From positions 1,062,292 to 1,126,291 of the forward strand of contig CAVXTH010000009.1 of assembly GCA_963764625.1 (NCBI GenBank): a stretch of 64,000 nucleotides of DNA, given 5' to 3'. Below the pieces are notes generated by a model. The model worked only from the letters and a program-made list of their open reading frames with translations, was not told the DNA's origin and searched no databases. The translations under genes and the position numbers were made by a program. Shown piece by piece: positions 58,812 through 64,000 of the stretch (position 1 is the stretch's first letter; each line of letters starts with the position of its first letter). Origin of the DNA: Candidatus Krumholzibacteriota bacterium. GTDB lineage: Bacteria > Krumholzibacteriota > Krumholzibacteriia > JAJRXK01.

Positions 58812-58841
58812 TTGACACGCGGGGGTGGCGGTTGATAGCGT
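58812..58841 (+). promoter_or_regulatory. Putative promoter for tyrS
   Basis: TTGACA-18 nt-TAGCGT with an extended -10 TG. Confidence 0.45.
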
Positions 58842-58904
58842 GTCGCGACCTTTGCGCGGTTCGAGCCGATGCGGCTCCTCTCCTTTGAAGAACGGTATGA
58901 GGGC

Positions 58905-60137
58905 ATGAATTCGATGCTGAGTGTCTCCGATCAGATGCGCCTGATAGAGCGAGGGGTGAGTGAAATTCTCCCCGCCGGCGACCTGGAACAGAAGCTGGAG
59001 GCCGCTCGCAAGGAAGGCCGGTCTCTGCTCGTCAAGGAGGGCTTCGACGCCTCGGCCCCCGACCTCCACCTGGGACATACTGTTACCATTCGCAAGCTCC
59101 GTCAGTTCCAGGATCTGGGCCATACCGTGATTTTCCTGATCGGCGACTTCACCGGCATGATCGGGGATCCGACGGGGAAGAACGAGACCCGGCCCATGCT
59201 TAGCAAAGAAGAGGTTGCGGCCAACGCGGAGACCTACAAGGAACAAGTCTTCAAGATCCTGGACGAGGACAAGACCCTCATCCGCTTCAACAGCGAGTGG
59301 AGCGAGAAGATGAACAGCGTGGACGTTCTGCGTCTGGCGAGCCGCTATACGGTGGCGCGAATGATCGAGCGAGACGATTTCGCCAAGCGCTACAAGGCGG
59401 GCGCGCCCATCAGCATTCAGGAGTTTCTCTATCCTCTCTTCCAGGGCTATGACTCGGTGGCGTTGAAGTCGGACGTGGAAGTGGGCGGTACCGACCAGAA
59501 ATTCAATCTCCTAGTGGGAAGAGACCTGCAGTCGCAGTACGGACAACGCCCCCAGACTGTGTTGACGATGCCGCTGCTAGCGGGCACCGACGGGGTCGAG
59601 AAGATGTCCAAGAGTCTGGGCAATTCGATTGGAATCACCGACCCGCCCGACGAGATGTTCGGAAAGGTCATGTCCATCCCGGACCCTCTCATGCTGAGCT
59701 GGTACGAGCTCTTGAGCGATCTCGATGCCGATGCGATGGACACAGTTCGCGCGCGTCTGAACGACTCCACGGAAAACCCCGCGAAGCTCAAGCGCGGACT
59801 GGCGCGGAACATCATCCGCCAATACCACGGGGGAGAGTCAGCCCACGAAGCCGAAGCCGCGTTCGACCGCATTTTCGTGGACAAGGGAGAGCCCGAGGAG
59901 ATCGAATGCCGGCGGCTTGCCGCCCAAGAGGAGGACTACTGGCTGGTCAAACTCCTGAGCGATCTTCAGCTCGTCAAGAGTCGCGGGGAGGCGCGGCGGC
60001 TCATCGAGCAGGGTGGGGTCTCGGTTGACGGGAAGCGGGTGGAAAGTCCGCAAGAGGAGCTGCCAGCCGGGGCGGGATCTCGCTACCGTCTCAAGGTGGG
60101 CAAACGGGTCTTTCTCGACGTCGAGTTCGAATCGTAA
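58905..60137 (+). CDS. tyrS: Tyrosine--tRNA ligase
   Basis: [34 protein letters not shown]-terminal S4 domain. Confidence 0.98.
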   Translation: MNSMLSVSDQMRLIERGVSEILPAGDLEQKLEAARKEGRSLLVKEGFDASAPDLHLGHTVTIRKLRQFQDLGHTVIFLIGDFTGMIGDPTGKNETRPMLSKEEVAANAETYKEQVFKILDEDKTLIRFNSEWSEKMNSVDVLRLASRYTVARMIERDDFAKRYKAGAPISIQEFLYPLFQGYDSVALKSDVEVGGTDQKFNLLVGRDLQSQYGQRPQTVLTMPLLAGTDGVEKMSKSLGNSIGITDPPDEMFGKVMSIPDPLMLSWYELLSDLDADAMDTVRARLNDSTENPAKLKRGLARNIIRQYHGGESAHEAEAAFDRIFVDKGEPEEIECRRLAAQEEDYWLVKLLSDLQLVKSRGEARRLIEQGGVSVDGKRVESPQEELPAGAGSRYRLKVGKRVFLDVEFES

Positions 60138-60210
60138 TTTCCTGCCAAACAAAGAGTTGAAAAAGAGCGCCCGCGGGGACGGGAAGTTCGCCTTTTCTGC
60201 TCGAATCCCC

Positions 60211-60247
60211 TTGACGGACCCTGGCCCCCTCACTATATTGCGCCTCC
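60211..60247 (+). promoter_or_regulatory. rrn P1 promoter
   Basis: TTGACG-17 nt-TATATT followed by a GC-rich discriminator GCGCCTCC. Confidence 0.8.
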
Positions 60248-60314
60248 GCTGCTCCTGAGGAGCGCAGGCGCTCCGCGGAGGGCGCCGGTCGGCCCCGATT
60301 CCAAGCGCTTTTGC

Positions 60315-60343
60315 TTGACGGCCTCCGACCGCATCCTTAGTAT
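60315..60343 (+). promoter_or_regulatory. rrn P2 promoter
   Basis: TTGACG-17 nt-TAGTAT, about 100 nt downstream of P1. Confidence 0.7.
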
Positions 60344-60408
60344 TAGCAGCCGTGCTTGAAAAAGCAGTCGAGGCCGCTTCTAGCGGTGGGGCCAAATCCA
60401 AGCGCCCG

Positions 60409-60419
60409 GTTCTTTGATA
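60409..60419 (+). promoter_or_regulatory. Leader boxA antitermination site
   Basis: GTTCTTTGATA. A second copy TGTTCTTTGACAA lies in the spacer at 62414-62426. Confidence 0.7.
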
Positions 60420-62190
<1,771 letters not shown>

Positions 62191-62222
62191 CGTCTTAGAG
62201 CCGGGCATGGGCTCTGGCCACG

Positions 62223-62299
<77 letters not shown>

Positions 62300-62312
62300 T
62301 TTTTCTGGGTTC

Positions 62313-62388
62313 GGGGATATAGCTCAGTTGGGAGAGCGCCGGCTTTGCAAGCCGGAGGTCACCGGTTCGATCCCGGTTATCTCCACCA
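62313..62388 (+). tRNA. tRNA-Ala(TGC)
   Basis: GGGGATA/TATCTCC-ACCA with G3:U70, anticodon loop TT TGC AA. Confidence 0.97.
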
Positions 62389-62474
62389 GTTCAAGTCCTG
62401 GCACCGCCAGGTATGTTCTTTGACAACCGTATATCGGGTAAGCGATAAATAAGGCACCTTTAGGAGCTTTTTTG

Positions 62475-64000
<1,526 letters not shown>

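Overview
High-GC bacterial chromosomal window made almost entirely of core genes: ABC ATPase, GWxTD protein, SH3-NlpC/P60, lysC, radC-mreBCD-mrdA-rodA-aroE-comF, pgk-tpiA-secG-tRNA-Leu, an EF-G paralog, yebC-ruvCAB-queA-tgt-yajC-def-fmt-rsmB-PASTA-rpe, ffh-rpsP-khpA-rimM-trmD-rplS-rnhB-yraN, a secreted S8 protease, patatin, leuS, ychF, rarA, cdd-deoC-pdp, PBP1A, tyrS and the 5' part of an rrn operon (16S, tRNA-Ile, tRNA-Ala, partial 23S). Secretion tails and 16S signatures suggest an FCB-affiliated candidate phylum such as Krumholzibacteriota/Latescibacterota (inference). No mobile element or CRISPR array was seen. The main leads are: (1) an intact 2048-aa ORF after leuS that reads as a fusion of DnaQ-exonuclease-, DinG-, RecQ- and UvrD-like modules with mostly eroded catalytic motifs but retained metal-binding cysteines; (2) a DeoC with an N-terminal microcompartment-encapsulation-like helix inside a nucleoside-catabolism operon; (3) a secreted protein ending in a TWGxxK tail, a candidate sorting signal; (4) a protein built from 14 RKKKTT(G/A) repeats. 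Five genes are broken by small indels in short runs, most likely assembly errors. All calls are by-eye motif recognition; no searches were run.
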